Below are positions 50,806 through 60,228 of a DNA stretch of 64,000 bases, piece by piece; the stretch's first letter is position 1; each line of letters begins with the position of its first letter. Below the pieces are notes generated by a model, which was not told the origin of the DNA, did no database searches, and saw nothing but the letters and a program-made list of their open reading frames with translations. The stretch lies in the NCBI GenBank assembly GCA_036336855.1, contig JAYZFI010000031.1, positions 8,240-72,239 on the forward strand. The letters are read 5' to 3'. The DNA comes from Candidatus Latescibacterota bacterium. GTDB taxonomy: Bacteria; Latescibacterota; UBA2968; UBA8231. The translations under genes were made by a program, and so were the position numbers.

Positions 50806-51500
50806 TCTTCCATCACGAAGTCGAAGAGCAGGAGGGCGAGAAAGAAACATATCACGCCGGAGGCGGCGAGCATGGCCAAGTGGGTGCCGAGCCCGTCGGG
50901 CCAGAGTGTCGTATGTCCTGGTACTCCCGCCGCCAGAATCAGCGAGGTCGCCTCCACACACGAAATCAAAGCGGGAATGAGAATTGGCAACGACAGAAGG
51001 GGGAGAAAGAATTCCCGAAGTCGGGAGTGCCCGGCCATGGCGGCGAATAACGTGCCCACCGAAGCAATGCAGGTCGAGCCCAGGGCGAAAACGATGAGCA
51101 ACGGAGCCAAGTAGGCGCCGACGGTCAGGTTAAAGAAAAGTCCGAACAGTGGCAAGGTGATGAGCTCGACGGCGAGGAGAAAGAGAAAGTTCCCCGCCAT
51201 TTTGGCCACGTAGAGACTCGAGCGAGACACCGGTGAGGCCAAGATGCCATCGAGACAGTCGTCGGCGTCTTCGGCGGTGAAAGTGCGCTGTAGACCGATA
51301 AGACTGGCGAAGAGAACGGCCGACCAGAGCACGCCTGGCCCGATCTCCCCCAGTGCCGCACCACCGAGCTCGAAGCCAAAGTTGAAGACGAGCAGCACAA
51401 GCAACACGAAAAACACCATGGGGGAGAGGCGCTCTTTGCTACGCCACTCCAGGCGCAGGTCTTTGCGCAACAGCGTCGCAATGTGTTGCCACCAGATCAC
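50802..51500 (-). CDS. ccmB: Heme exporter protein CcmB
   Basis: Trimmed to the GTG at 51500, which overlaps the ccmA stop (GTGA). A 232-aa polytopic membrane protein with typical CcmB hydrophobic pattern. Confidence 0.8.
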   Translation of the reverse strand: MIWWQHIATLLRKDLRLEWRSKERLSPMVFFVLLVLLVFNFGFELGGAALGEIGPGVLWSAVLFASLIGLQRTFTAEDADDCLDGILASPVSRSSLYVAKMAGNFLFLLAVELITLPLFGLFFNLTVGAYLAPLLIVFALGSTCIASVGTLFAAMAGHSRLREFFLPLLSLPILIPALISCVEATSLILAAGVPGHTTLWPDGLGTHLAMLAASGVICFFLALLLFDFVMEE

Positions 51501-52231
51501 GACGCCGCTTCCGCGCCCAGCCGTTGACAGAGCTGCATCAGAGGTCCTTCCACCGCCGACGGGGTCCACTCGTGCTCGCCGGCGACGCGGCCACGGCGCA
51601 ACACCGCGACGCGATTGACGAGACGCGCCGCCTCGCTCCCGCGGTGGGTGACTAGCACCGAGCTCGCGTCCTCTTCGGCGAGGCGTTCGACGAGCTGATC
51701 GGTTAGGGACTGGGACGACTCCCGATCGAGGCCGGTGAAGGGCTCGTCGAGCAGGAGCAACTTGGGTCGGTGCAGAGTTGCCCGGGCCAGAGCTAGACGC
51801 TGCTTCATTCCTTGCGAGAATCCGTGCACAGGGCGATCAGCGTGACGCCCGAGTCGTGCTCGTTGCAACGCGGCTTCGACAGCGCCGACGGGCAGGTCGT
51901 AGAGGTGGGCGAAGAATTGAAGGTTTTCGCGCGCCGTGAGCTCGCGATAGAGTAGTGGCTGGTGTGAGAGTAGGCCGATGTGGCGGCGCACGTTGTGATG
52001 CTTCCGGGGATCGACGCCGTCGACGGAGATAGTGCCCCGTGATGGCGAGGCGAGGCCAGCGATCAGGCGCAAGAGGGTGGTCTTGCCGGCGCCGTTGGCA
52101 CCGGCCAGCAGCAAGTGGATGCCCGCTTGCAGGTGCAGATGCAGGCCGTCGAGGGCGACGACCAGGCCGAAGCGTTTCTCCACTCCTTGGACGACGACGT
52201 CCACGCCAGTGGCTCCGTCAGGCTTCGCCAT
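51497..52231 (-). CDS. ccmA: Heme exporter ATP-binding protein CcmA
   Basis: 244 aa. Walker A GANGAGKTTLL, ABC signature FSQGMKQRLALA, Walker B LLLLDEP. Confidence 0.88.
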   Translation of the reverse strand: MAKPDGATGVDVVVQGVEKRFGLVVALDGLHLHLQAGIHLLLAGANGAGKTTLLRLIAGLASPSRGTISVDGVDPRKHHNVRRHIGLLSHQPLLYRELTARENLQFFAHLYDLPVGAVEAALQRARLGRHADRPVHGFSQGMKQRLALARATLHRPKLLLLDEPFTGLDRESSQSLTDQLVERLAEEDASSVLVTHRGSEAARLVNRVAVLRRGRVAGEHEWTPSAVEGPLMQLCQRLGAEAAS

Positions 52232-53363
52232 GGGCGTGAAGGGCGACGGCGATGGCTCGCTGCATCAGCTCCCTGCGTCGCTGGATTAGCTCCTGCCGCT
52301 GCTCGTCCGCAGCACCGGCTAGCGCGTCATCGATGGCGGAAAGCTCGGCGAACAGCTGCTCGCGCTCCTCCTTGCCCTCTACCTCATCCGTCGCTGCCTG
52401 GAAGGACGGATCCGGGGAGCGTGACAAGCTCAGTGCTGCCACCAGCGCTGCCGGTACAAGGGCGAGCAAGGTCCACTTCAAAGCCCAGCGCAGAGGCCGG
52501 GAGAACGGCAGCGAGATGGTGAGCTGGCGGCCCGGCTTTAGGTTTTCGACTCGGTAGTGGCGGTACCGCTGCTCATGAAAAGAGACGGCGCCGAGGTCAA
52601 CGAAGGGGTTACCCCTGAGCTCGACCTCGGCGGGCAACAGGAAGATTTCGAGGCTTGTCGTGGGATAGAGTACGTGGTGTACGTAATCCCCGTCGAAACG
52701 CTCGCCGTCGACGCGGTGGGTGAAGGAAATCTGTGAATGCCCCGGCGGCAGCGGTTGGGTGTCGAAGATCGACTGGCCGTGACCCTGCACGAACTCTGCG
52801 GTATGCGCCTGCACGCCGACACTGGCATCTGTTAGTCGGAACTCCACCCCATGACGGCGATCCCCGTCGCTGGTGCCCACGAAGGTGCGCTCCCCGGAAT
52901 TCTCCACGTGCACGAGGTGGGCCACGTCGAGGCCGGAGGGGGTGATGCCGAGAAAGAGATTGTAGTCGGTGATTATGAGATCGTCGGCATCTTCGCTGGG
53001 CTCGTAAACCTCGACAATGATCTGATCTTGTTCGCCTACCCGCAGGGTGGAGGTGGGATAGGGCACGCCGTCGCGGTGTGCGACTAAGAAGAACTCTGTC
53101 TCCGCTGTCAGGAAGGAGCCGGCAAACTGGAAACTCCCCTCGGCGTCGGTGGTCTTGCGTAACAGTTCGGAGATCTGGCCGGCCTCACGGATGAACAAGG
53201 CGACTTCGACGCCGGGGACACGTTGTTCGTTCAGTGGGTCGAGGACGTAGCCAGCGACAACGGCGCCGGCGGGGGCGGCGAGGCCCGAGAGGAGGATAAG
53301 GGAAGGAACGAAACGCCGTAGCCTCCGTCGACGAGCGCGGAGACCGCCATCGCGGTTGATCAT
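52218..53363 (-). CDS. Hypothetical bitopic membrane protein inside the ccm operon (periplasmic beta-sandwich region, C-terminal TM and charged helix)
   Basis: Trimmed to the ATG at 53363 (ATGA overlap with the upstream stop). RR-containing signal RRRRLRRFVPSLILLSGLAAPAGA. CarboxypepD_reg-like start GYVLDPLNEQRVPGVEVALF...TTDAEGSFQFAG. Late TM LKWTLLALVPAALVAALSL, then an acidic/basic helix. The 3' end overlaps the ccmA start by 14 nt. Confidence 0.6.
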   Translation of the reverse strand: MINRDGGLRARRRRLRRFVPSLILLSGLAAPAGAVVAGYVLDPLNEQRVPGVEVALFIREAGQISELLRKTTDAEGSFQFAGSFLTAETEFFLVAHRDGVPYPTSTLRVGEQDQIIVEVYEPSEDADDLIITDYNLFLGITPSGLDVAHLVHVENSGERTFVGTSDGDRRHGVEFRLTDASVGVQAHTAEFVQGHGQSIFDTQPLPPGHSQISFTHRVDGERFDGDYVHHVLYPTTSLEIFLLPAEVELRGNPFVDLGAVSFHEQRYRHYRVENLKPGRQLTISLPFSRPLRWALKWTLLALVPAALVAALSLSRSPDPSFQAATDEVEGKEEREQLFAELSAIDDALAGAADEQRQELIQRRRELMQRAIAVALHAHGEA

Positions 53364-53842
53364 GACTCGGCGTCGAGCCGGATGCCGCAGTGCGGGCAGA
53401 AACGGCCCCCTTCGTTGCGAAGCTTGGCACCGCAGGATGGGCAGAGCGCAAAGGCACCAGGTAAGGAAGGGCTTGCATGGGCACTGCTCGCTTCTCGCTT
53501 CCACTGAGCCAGGTCGGCTTCGACACGAGCTTCCCAGTCGATGGTGCCTCCGTCGCTGGGCTCTATGGCGTCGAGCTGCCGCAGCACCTCCACCGCGTTG
53601 GCTTCGAGATCGGGGCGCACGCTCCGCAAATCCTCGCTCGATATCTTGCCCACGGAGTGGTCGAACTCAAGTTCGCGCAACGATGCGTAGAGTTGCTCCT
53701 TGCGCTCGGTAAGTTCGAGGCGTTGCCGCGCCTGACCAGCCGGCCGCGCCCAGGCGTAGCGGGTGGCGAAGATCGGGTGCAGGACGGCGTAGAAAAACCC
53801 GGCCAGCAGCAGCATGCAGGCGGCAGGGATGAACAGGTTCAC
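53360..53842 (-). CDS. Hypothetical membrane-anchored protein with CcmI-N-terminal-like helix and C-terminal zinc ribbon
   Basis: 160 aa. N-terminal TM MNLFIPAACMLLLAGFFYAVL. The helix QLYASLRELEFDHSVGKISSEDLRSVRPDLEANAVEVL resembles, by eye, the cytoplasmic segment after TM1 of CcmI. C-terminal CPSCGAKLRNEGGRFCPHCG has two CxxC pairs. Starts 15 nt after ccmF. Confidence 0.6.
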   Translation of the reverse strand: MNLFIPAACMLLLAGFFYAVLHPIFATRYAWARPAGQARQRLELTERKEQLYASLRELEFDHSVGKISSEDLRSVRPDLEANAVEVLRQLDAIEPSDGGTIDWEARVEADLAQWKREASSAHASPSLPGAFALCPSCGAKLRNEGGRFCPHCGIRLDAES

Positions 53843-53857
53843 GGCGGCTCGATTCGA

Positions 53858-55855
53858 CTACGCCGATGCCGGACCGGCAGTAGCTCGTGCCGCCTCGCGG
53901 TCGAGACGAGCGAGCCGGCGGTCGCGCGAGGTCGGCCACATGGCCCACAATGAGCTCAAGACGAGCAGGGCCGAACCCCACCACACGCAGGCGACTAGAG
54001 GGTTCACGTAAATTTGGAACTTCGTGGAACCATCCTGGGAATTACTGCCGATGATGATGAGATAGAAGTCCTCTAACCAGCGCGTGTATATGGAAACTTC
54101 GGTAGTGTTTTGCTCCGCTGTCTTGTAGAAATGCCGCTCGGGCAGCAAGGTGGCGAGAAACTGCCCATCGTACTCCAGGGAGACGGCGGCGGCGGAAACC
54201 GATTTGTTGGCGTCGTCGCCGAAGGCCAGGGTCTCGAAAGTGACGGCATAGCGGCCTACGTCTTCGCGTTGCCCGGGATACAAGACGATCTCGCGGTCGA
54301 TGGAGAGCGCCTGCCCGGTGAAACCGACGAACAGCAGAATGACCGATAGGTGGACGAGGTAACCGCCGTAGCGGCGGCGGTTTTTGGATAGTAGCATGTA
54401 GAACGCGGCGAGGGTGCTCTCCCCGGTGGAGCGCCGCCGGGCGCTGATGCCGCGCGAGAATTCCAACCCGACGGAACCCACGACGAAACCGCACAGACTC
54501 AGCGACATCAACGCGTATAGGTTACGCATACCAACGGCGAAGAGAACGGTGGCGACCAAGACGGCGGAGATTGCGGGAATGGTGAAGTTGCGGCGCAGAC
54601 TCTCTCCCGAGGTGCGGCGCCACGCGAACAGCGGGCCGGCACCGGTGAGGAAGAGCAAGACCAGACCCATGGGAACGGAGACCCGATTGAAGAAGGGCGC
54701 ACCTACGGTGATCTTGTCACCCGTGACGACTTCGGAGATCACCGGAAACAGGGTGCCCCAGAGTACGGCGAACAGTAGCGTCAGTAAAATCCAGTTGTTG
54801 AGTAGAAACGCGCTCTCACGTGAGGCGAAGGATTCCAAGTGGCTCTCCGGCTTCAGGTCGGGCAGGCGCCACAGCAGCAGTACAACGGAGCCGACGACGA
54901 TGATGACTAGGTATGTGACGAAGAACGGACCCACATTCGACTGGGCAAAGGCGTGCACCGAGGACACCACCCCTGAACGGGTGAGGAAGGTACCGAAAAT
55001 GGTCATCCCGAAGGTGAAGATAAGGAGCACCATGTTCCACACCTTGAGCATGCCCTTACGCTCCTGAATCATCACCGAGTGCAACAGCGCCGTTCCTGCC
55101 AGAAAGGGCATGAGGGATGCGTTCTCCACCGGATCCCAACCCCAATAACCGCCCCAACCAAGCTCCACGTAGGCCCATTTACCACCCAGCAGAAGACCGC
55201 CCCCAAGAAAGGTCCAGGGGATCAGCAGCCAGCGACGCATGGCGCGCAGCCAGGTGTTGTTAAGCTCGCGCGCCGCCAGCGCGGAGATGCCGAATGCGAA
55301 GGGTACCGTCATGCCTACCATGCCGGCGTAGAGCAACGGCGGGTGAATGGCCATGTAGGGGTGTTGCAGGATCGGATTCAGGCCCTGCCCCTCGGTAGGC
55401 GTGAAGGGCAAGCGCTGAAAGGGATCGGCGGCGAAGATGTTGAGCAGAGCGAAGAAGCAGCAGGACGCCGCCATCACGGCCGTCGCGTAAGGCATGAGGC
55501 CGCGATATCGATGGCGGTTGAGCAGAATGGCAGCGCTGGTGTAGGCGGAGAGCATCCAACCCCAGAACAGGATCGATCCGTTCTGTCCGCCCCAGAGCGA
55601 GGCGAGCATGTACTGGGCGGGCATATGGGCATTCGTGTTCTCCGCTACGTACTGGATCTGGAAGTCTCTCGAAAAAATGGCATACCAAAGGCCCATGACG
55701 GCGACGGTGTAAAGGGCGCAGACGCTGAGCGCCGCGTTCTCGCCGGAGCGGATCAGACCTTCGTGGCGTCGGTGGATTCCGAATAAGGATGTCGCCGTGG
55801 CGTAGGCCGCCGCCGCCAACGCTAGACAGAGCGCGAAGTAGCCGACGTCAACCAC
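53858..55855 (-). CDS. ccmF: Cytochrome c-type biogenesis protein CcmF (heme lyase component)
   Basis: 665 aa, GTG start. WWD motif WGGYWGWDPVENASLMPF. Polytopic with conserved His residues. Confidence 0.92.
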   Translation of the reverse strand: MVDVGYFALCLALAAAAYATATSLFGIHRRHEGLIRSGENAALSVCALYTVAVMGLWYAIFSRDFQIQYVAENTNAHMPAQYMLASLWGGQNGSILFWGWMLSAYTSAAILLNRHRYRGLMPYATAVMAASCCFFALLNIFAADPFQRLPFTPTEGQGLNPILQHPYMAIHPPLLYAGMVGMTVPFAFGISALAARELNNTWLRAMRRWLLIPWTFLGGGLLLGGKWAYVELGWGGYWGWDPVENASLMPFLAGTALLHSVMIQERKGMLKVWNMVLLIFTFGMTIFGTFLTRSGVVSSVHAFAQSNVGPFFVTYLVIIVVGSVVLLLWRLPDLKPESHLESFASRESAFLLNNWILLTLLFAVLWGTLFPVISEVVTGDKITVGAPFFNRVSVPMGLVLLFLTGAGPLFAWRRTSGESLRRNFTIPAISAVLVATVLFAVGMRNLYALMSLSLCGFVVGSVGLEFSRGISARRRSTGESTLAAFYMLLSKNRRRYGGYLVHLSVILLFVGFTGQALSIDREIVLYPGQREDVGRYAVTFETLAFGDDANKSVSAAAVSLEYDGQFLATLLPERHFYKTAEQNTTEVSIYTRWLEDFYLIIIGSNSQDGSTKFQIYVNPLVACVWWGSALLVLSSLWAMWPTSRDRRLARLDREAARATAGPASA

Positions 55856-55897
55856 AGCAGCAGGCCAGGGCGGAAGGAAGAGGGGGAGCCGAGGGCG

Positions 55898-56344
55898 TCA
55901 GGACGAGTTTTCCACGTCCAGAGCCCCGACGTGATCGTCGTAGCTCTGGCCCTCATACTTGGACGGGCACTTGGCGAAGACGATCTCGGCTTCGAACTGG
56001 GGTTCGCCGCCGCCGGCGACGTAGAGTCCCTCGACGACGACTTGGGCGCGGTCCTGGAAGGTATCGGGAAGGACGGCATTGCCGGTGTAGCGCACTTGCA
56101 GGTTGCGCTCCCCGTCGGTGACAAGAAACTCGGGCCGATGACGGTAGGCGTCCCATTCGATGGAGCCCACGACCACCGTGCACCCCCCAAGCTGAATACG
56201 ACGTCCGTCGAGCTCTGTCACCGATTGCTCAAGCAACATGTCCAAGGTCATGTGACGCGCTGCCGACTGCTGCACGCCAGTGAAGATGAGGAAGATGACC
56301 CCGAGGCCGATAATGACCGAACCGATTGCGAATTTTCCTCTCAT
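55898..56344 (-). CDS. ccmE: Heme chaperone CcmE, cysteine variant (CxxxY)
   Basis: Trimmed to the ATG at 56344 (MRGKFAIGSVIIGLGVIFLIF...). OB-fold body LQVRYTGNAVLPDTFQDRAQVVVEG. The heme-attachment site reads FAKCPSKYEG where canonical CcmE has LAKHDENY. Confidence 0.85.
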   Translation of the reverse strand: MRGKFAIGSVIIGLGVIFLIFTGVQQSAARHMTLDMLLEQSVTELDGRRIQLGGCTVVVGSIEWDAYRHRPEFLVTDGERNLQVRYTGNAVLPDTFQDRAQVVVEGLYVAGGGEPQFEAEIVFAKCPSKYEGQSYDDHVGALDVENSS

Positions 56345-56393
56345 AGAAACCCCGAGATACAGGTGGTTTTCTGACGCCAAGTTTAGAACGTGC

Positions 56394-57581
56394 TCATTCG
56401 CCTTGGGGTTCGCAAATGAGGATCACGGGTCGCCCCTCGAGGCGAGTGCAGAGCAGGGATACAGGCCGGGCGGAGGTCTCGAAGCGGCCCAAGCGTTGTC
56501 GGAGCTGAGCGGGTTCGATGGGGAAGTGTCGCCGCAATATCTCGGTGGGACGGAAGCCTCCCACCGTCAGCGTGCGCCGCAGGGACTTGCGGGAGTAGGG
56601 GAGGCAGTCCATCACACGGAACCGGCGCGCCCAGGGAGTGGCCGAACCCCGATCAGAGCTCAGGTAAGCGACTCCCGGAGCGAGTAGCCAGGCGTCGAGA
56701 TCGGAGGCCAGCAGGGGGAGAAGGTGCGAACGCACAAGCGCGGCGTCGGGCTCGTACACGTACGCGCCGGGCGTCGCGACCTCGATGGGAGGAAGGGTGT
56801 CAGTGTCGCTGTGCAGGTATAGGGCCGCTGGCGACTCACGACCGTCTTTCTCGGGCAAGAGTAGGCTGGCGCGGCGCCGGGGTCCGTCCTGGTTACCGAG
56901 GTGGAGTACAGCTTCCCGGCACTGGCCCCGCCAGGAGACGAATTCGAGCTCCCCCTCCGCCGGCAGTTCAATTTCGAGTACTGCGGGCGAGAGCTTGATG
57001 ACGACCTGCTCGAAATGGCGGCGCCAGCTGTCGAGATGAGAGAGGGAGGGGAGGTAGTCGTTGATGGAACGAGCGCGCCGACCCTGCGCGCGCCGCGCAG
57101 GGTCGACGAACAGGGCGGGTCCGCGCCCTGGCGGCGCGATGGCGTCTCCGACGACGATGAGGGCACGAGGCTCCGGCACCGTCTGCACGTTCAGGCTCGC
57201 CATGAAGGCGCGCTCCGATTGGTGCTCAACGCCGACGACGGGGCCACGCTCAGCCAAAGCGATGAGATCACCGCCGGCGCCGCAGCAAAGGTCGACGACA
57301 GGGACTCCTGCGACGAAGCGGCAGGCTCGGTGGCGAGCTACCGGAAGGGACGAAGCCATCTGCAGGCTCTCATCGTCGAAGAACAGCTGTTCGTGCAGAA
57401 CTCCGAACTTGTCAGCGGCACGTCGCCGTTGCGTGCAAACGGTGTAGGCGGCGCGGGCGCGCTCGCGGTTGCTGTGGCGCTGCAACTGTTCCAGGACGCG
57501 CCAAGCGGGCTCGTCACGCAGCTCGCGAGAGCGTTTGAGCAGCTCAGCGCCGCCCGGGGAGGAGGAGAGAAAACGCAGCAC
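56394..57581 (-). CDS. Class I SAM-dependent methyltransferase (THUMP-like C-terminal region possible)
   Basis: 395 aa. SAM motif I VVDLCCGAGGDLIALA. No further family assignment possible by eye. Confidence 0.6.
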   Translation of the reverse strand: MLRFLSSSPGGAELLKRSRELRDEPAWRVLEQLQRHSNRERARAAYTVCTQRRRAADKFGVLHEQLFFDDESLQMASSLPVARHRACRFVAGVPVVDLCCGAGGDLIALAERGPVVGVEHQSERAFMASLNVQTVPEPRALIVVGDAIAPPGRGPALFVDPARRAQGRRARSINDYLPSLSHLDSWRRHFEQVVIKLSPAVLEIELPAEGELEFVSWRGQCREAVLHLGNQDGPRRRASLLLPEKDGRESPAALYLHSDTDTLPPIEVATPGAYVYEPDAALVRSHLLPLLASDLDAWLLAPGVAYLSSDRGSATPWARRFRVMDCLPYSRKSLRRTLTVGGFRPTEILRRHFPIEPAQLRQRLGRFETSARPVSLLCTRLEGRPVILICEPQGE

Positions 57582-57619
57582 CTCTGGCGACAGCGGGGAG
57601 TTCGCCGACGGTGTTGAGA

Positions 57620-58762
57620 TCAGAGCTCGAAGACCTCGGGGAAGGAAGTGAGGTTGCGGCAGCCTCCGTTCTCTATAACGACGACGTCCTCGATGCGCAC
57701 CCCGCCGATTCCCGCGTAGTACAGACCGGGCTCTATGGTGACCACCTGACCGGTGCGCAACGGATCGCAGCGCCGCGACATGAAAGGTGCCTCGTGAATC
57801 TCCAGACCGAGACCGTGACCGGTACCGTGGAAGTAGCCCTGCATCCGGCCGTCCTTTTCACCGGTCTTATATCCGGCATCGACGAAGTGCTGGCTCACTC
57901 CCTCATGGACGAGACGCCCGTCGACGCCGTCGGCCACGGTTTCCAGGGCGAAGGCCTGGGCGGCGGCGACGCTATCGTAGAGCTCGCGCGCGGTTACCGA
58001 GGCGGTGCCGCGTACCACGGTGCGGGTGATATCGCCGTAGTAGCCAGTGAGGGCCGAGCACGGAAAGATGTCAACAATGATAGGCGCGTGCGCCGGCAAT
58101 GGGCCATGACCGTCCTGATGAGGGTCGATGGCCTGCTCGCCCCCGGCGACGATAGTGTGATCGGCTCTGCAGTCGGATTCGAGCAAAGTATGGTGGATGA
58201 GTCGGCGCACCGCTTCCGACGTCAGGGGCTCGCCGCCGAGCACGAGTAGGTTGTCTCTAATCTCGGCGCTGCGAATCGCGTCGATGGCCACGGACATGGC
58301 CGATTCGGCGGCGGCGAGAGAGTTGGAAATCGCCTCCACCTCTGCTTCCGTTTTGATCACCCGATTCGGGAACAACGGCGAGCCGACGACCGTGATTTCG
58401 AAACCGGCGTTGCGCAGATCGTCTGCGGTCGCGACGGGGAAGTAGGCGGGCACTTGCAGAGAGTGCAGATCGAGCTCGCGCAGGACGTCGGCGATCACAC
58501 CCCCCGGCGCTGCGTTGTCGCCCTGTTGGTGACGAGCCGCTTCGTAGCACCTCAGGGGTAGCACCTCGGCGTCGCGCACTTGCTGGCGGGCGCGGTCAAG
58601 TTCGAGATCCTTCACCAGCACCCAGGCCCGATCCGGGGTGGCGATGTAGTGAAACGGGTCGGGGGCGCGGAAGCCGGTGGCGTAGAACAGGTCGGCGATG
58701 CGCTCCGAGTCTCCGAGCATCAGCAAGGCGTCGGCGCCTTTGGCGAGGGACAGATCGGGCAT
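57620..58762 (-). CDS. M24 family metallopeptidase (Xaa-Pro aminopeptidase-like)
   Basis: 380 aa. Pita-bread fold metal ligands in DIFPCSALTGYYGDITRT, HGTGHGLGLEIHEAP, EPGLYYAGIGGVRIEDVVVI. Confidence 0.85.
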   Translation of the reverse strand: MPDLSLAKGADALLMLGDSERIADLFYATGFRAPDPFHYIATPDRAWVLVKDLELDRARQQVRDAEVLPLRCYEAARHQQGDNAAPGGVIADVLRELDLHSLQVPAYFPVATADDLRNAGFEITVVGSPLFPNRVIKTEAEVEAISNSLAAAESAMSVAIDAIRSAEIRDNLLVLGGEPLTSEAVRRLIHHTLLESDCRADHTIVAGGEQAIDPHQDGHGPLPAHAPIIVDIFPCSALTGYYGDITRTVVRGTASVTARELYDSVAAAQAFALETVADGVDGRLVHEGVSQHFVDAGYKTGEKDGRMQGYFHGTGHGLGLEIHEAPFMSRRCDPLRTGQVVTIEPGLYYAGIGGVRIEDVVVIENGGCRNLTSFPEVFEL

Positions 58763-58779
58763 TGACCGGGACTAACCCC

Positions 58780-60228
58780 CTATTCGGCGGGCTGAATGCG
58801 CAGAGTACGCACGTCGATCCCACCATCTTCGCGCCACAGCCAGAACAAGGCGGCTTCGCCGTCGCGAAGTTGCGAGATCGACTTCATGAACTGATCCAAG
58901 GACGAGACCACGGTTTGGTCGATCTCGGTGATGACGTCGTTGACCCGGATGCCCTTGGCTGCGGCATCGCCATCGGGATCGATGGCGACGACGACGACGG
59001 CCTGATCGACGACTTTGAGGCCGAGTTCCCGCGCCACACCAGGGGTAAAGCCGAGGGTGTCGGCGCGCACGCTGTCGAGGACTTCCACAGTGAGGCCGAG
59101 TCGGGTGACGCGTCGGCGCGCCTGCGCCAGACGATGGTCGGTCTCGCGTTCGCCGAGAACGACCATCGCGGTGGCGGTGGCGCCGTTTCGCCAGATTTCT
59201 AGTGCCACTGAATCGCCTGGGTCGAGCTGATAGATTTGGGTTTGCACCTGGTTGGAGCTGTTCACGGGATCGCCATTCACGGACAGGATCACATCGCCGA
59301 CCTGCAACTCACTGCGCCCGGCGGGGGAATCGTCGAGGGTGCCACTGATGTACACACCGGCCGGTGGATCGAGCTCGAGGCCCCGCTCTCTCACAAGCAG
59401 GTCGTCCACCGACTGCATGCGAATGCCGAGATAGCCGCGTACGGTGCGGCCGTGCTCAAGAAAATCCCTCATGGCCTCGCGGGCTAGATCGACGGGCACG
59501 GCGAGACCGTAGCCGATAAAGTATCCCGTCTTGGTGGAGATCGCGGCGTTAATTCCGACGACCCGGCCATCGAGATCGAGCAGAGGTCCGCCGGAATTGC
59601 CGGGATTGATTACAGCATTAGTCTGGATAAAGCTCTCGATACCGTACTCGCCGGGGATCACATCGGCCTGGCGGCCCAGAGCGGAGACGATGCCGTGGGT
59701 GAGGGTTGCGCCCATGCCTAGGGGGTAGCCGATGGCGACGACCCAATCACCGATGAGCAGATCCCGGGAGTTGCCCAGGGGTGCCACGGGCAGGTCTTCG
59801 CCATCGATCTTGAGTAGGGCGATGTCGATGAGGGAGTCGACGCCGACGACCTCGGCGTGAAAGCGTCGTCGATCATTGAGGGTGACATAGATGGTGTCAG
59901 CTTCGCGCACCACGTGGTGGTTTGACAGCACGTAGCCGGCGGAGTCGACGATAACTCCCGATCCGAGGCCAGAGAACGGCGCCTCGTCTTGGGGGCCGAT
60001 GGGTGGGTGAAAGCGCGGCAAGCGATGGCTTAGATCACCCGAGGTACGTACCAGCACGACGGCGGGGGCTACCGATTCGTGAACATTGCGAAAGGCGTGG
60101 CTCAGCTCCTGCGGGGCGGAGAGGTCGCCCTTCTCGTGAGAGGGCGCGGCAACGGCAGCCAGCAGGATGACGCCGACAACGAAGACGCTGCGCCGGCGGA
60201 CAAGGAGCGTGCACGAAGCGGGGATCAC
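58780..60228 (-). CDS. HtrA/DegP family serine protease with two PDZ domains
   Basis: The track ORF runs to 60750, but the first ~174 aa overlap the activator gene and are Arg/Pro-rich junk. GTG at 60228 overlaps the activator stop (GTGA) and gives the signal peptide VIPASCTLLVRRRSVFVVGVILLAAVAA. Triad context: SNHHVV, DIALLKI, NPGNSGGPLL. Confidence 0.85.
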   Translation of the reverse strand: MIPASCTLLVRRRSVFVVGVILLAAVAAPSHEKGDLSAPQELSHAFRNVHESVAPAVVLVRTSGDLSHRLPRFHPPIGPQDEAPFSGLGSGVIVDSAGYVLSNHHVVREADTIYVTLNDRRRFHAEVVGVDSLIDIALLKIDGEDLPVAPLGNSRDLLIGDWVVAIGYPLGMGATLTHGIVSALGRQADVIPGEYGIESFIQTNAVINPGNSGGPLLDLDGRVVGINAAISTKTGYFIGYGLAVPVDLAREAMRDFLEHGRTVRGYLGIRMQSVDDLLVRERGLELDPPAGVYISGTLDDSPAGRSELQVGDVILSVNGDPVNSSNQVQTQIYQLDPGDSVALEIWRNGATATAMVVLGERETDHRLAQARRRVTRLGLTVEVLDSVRADTLGFTPGVARELGLKVVDQAVVVVAIDPDGDAAAKGIRVNDVITEIDQTVVSSLDQFMKSISQLRDGEAALFWLWREDGGIDVRTLRIQPAE

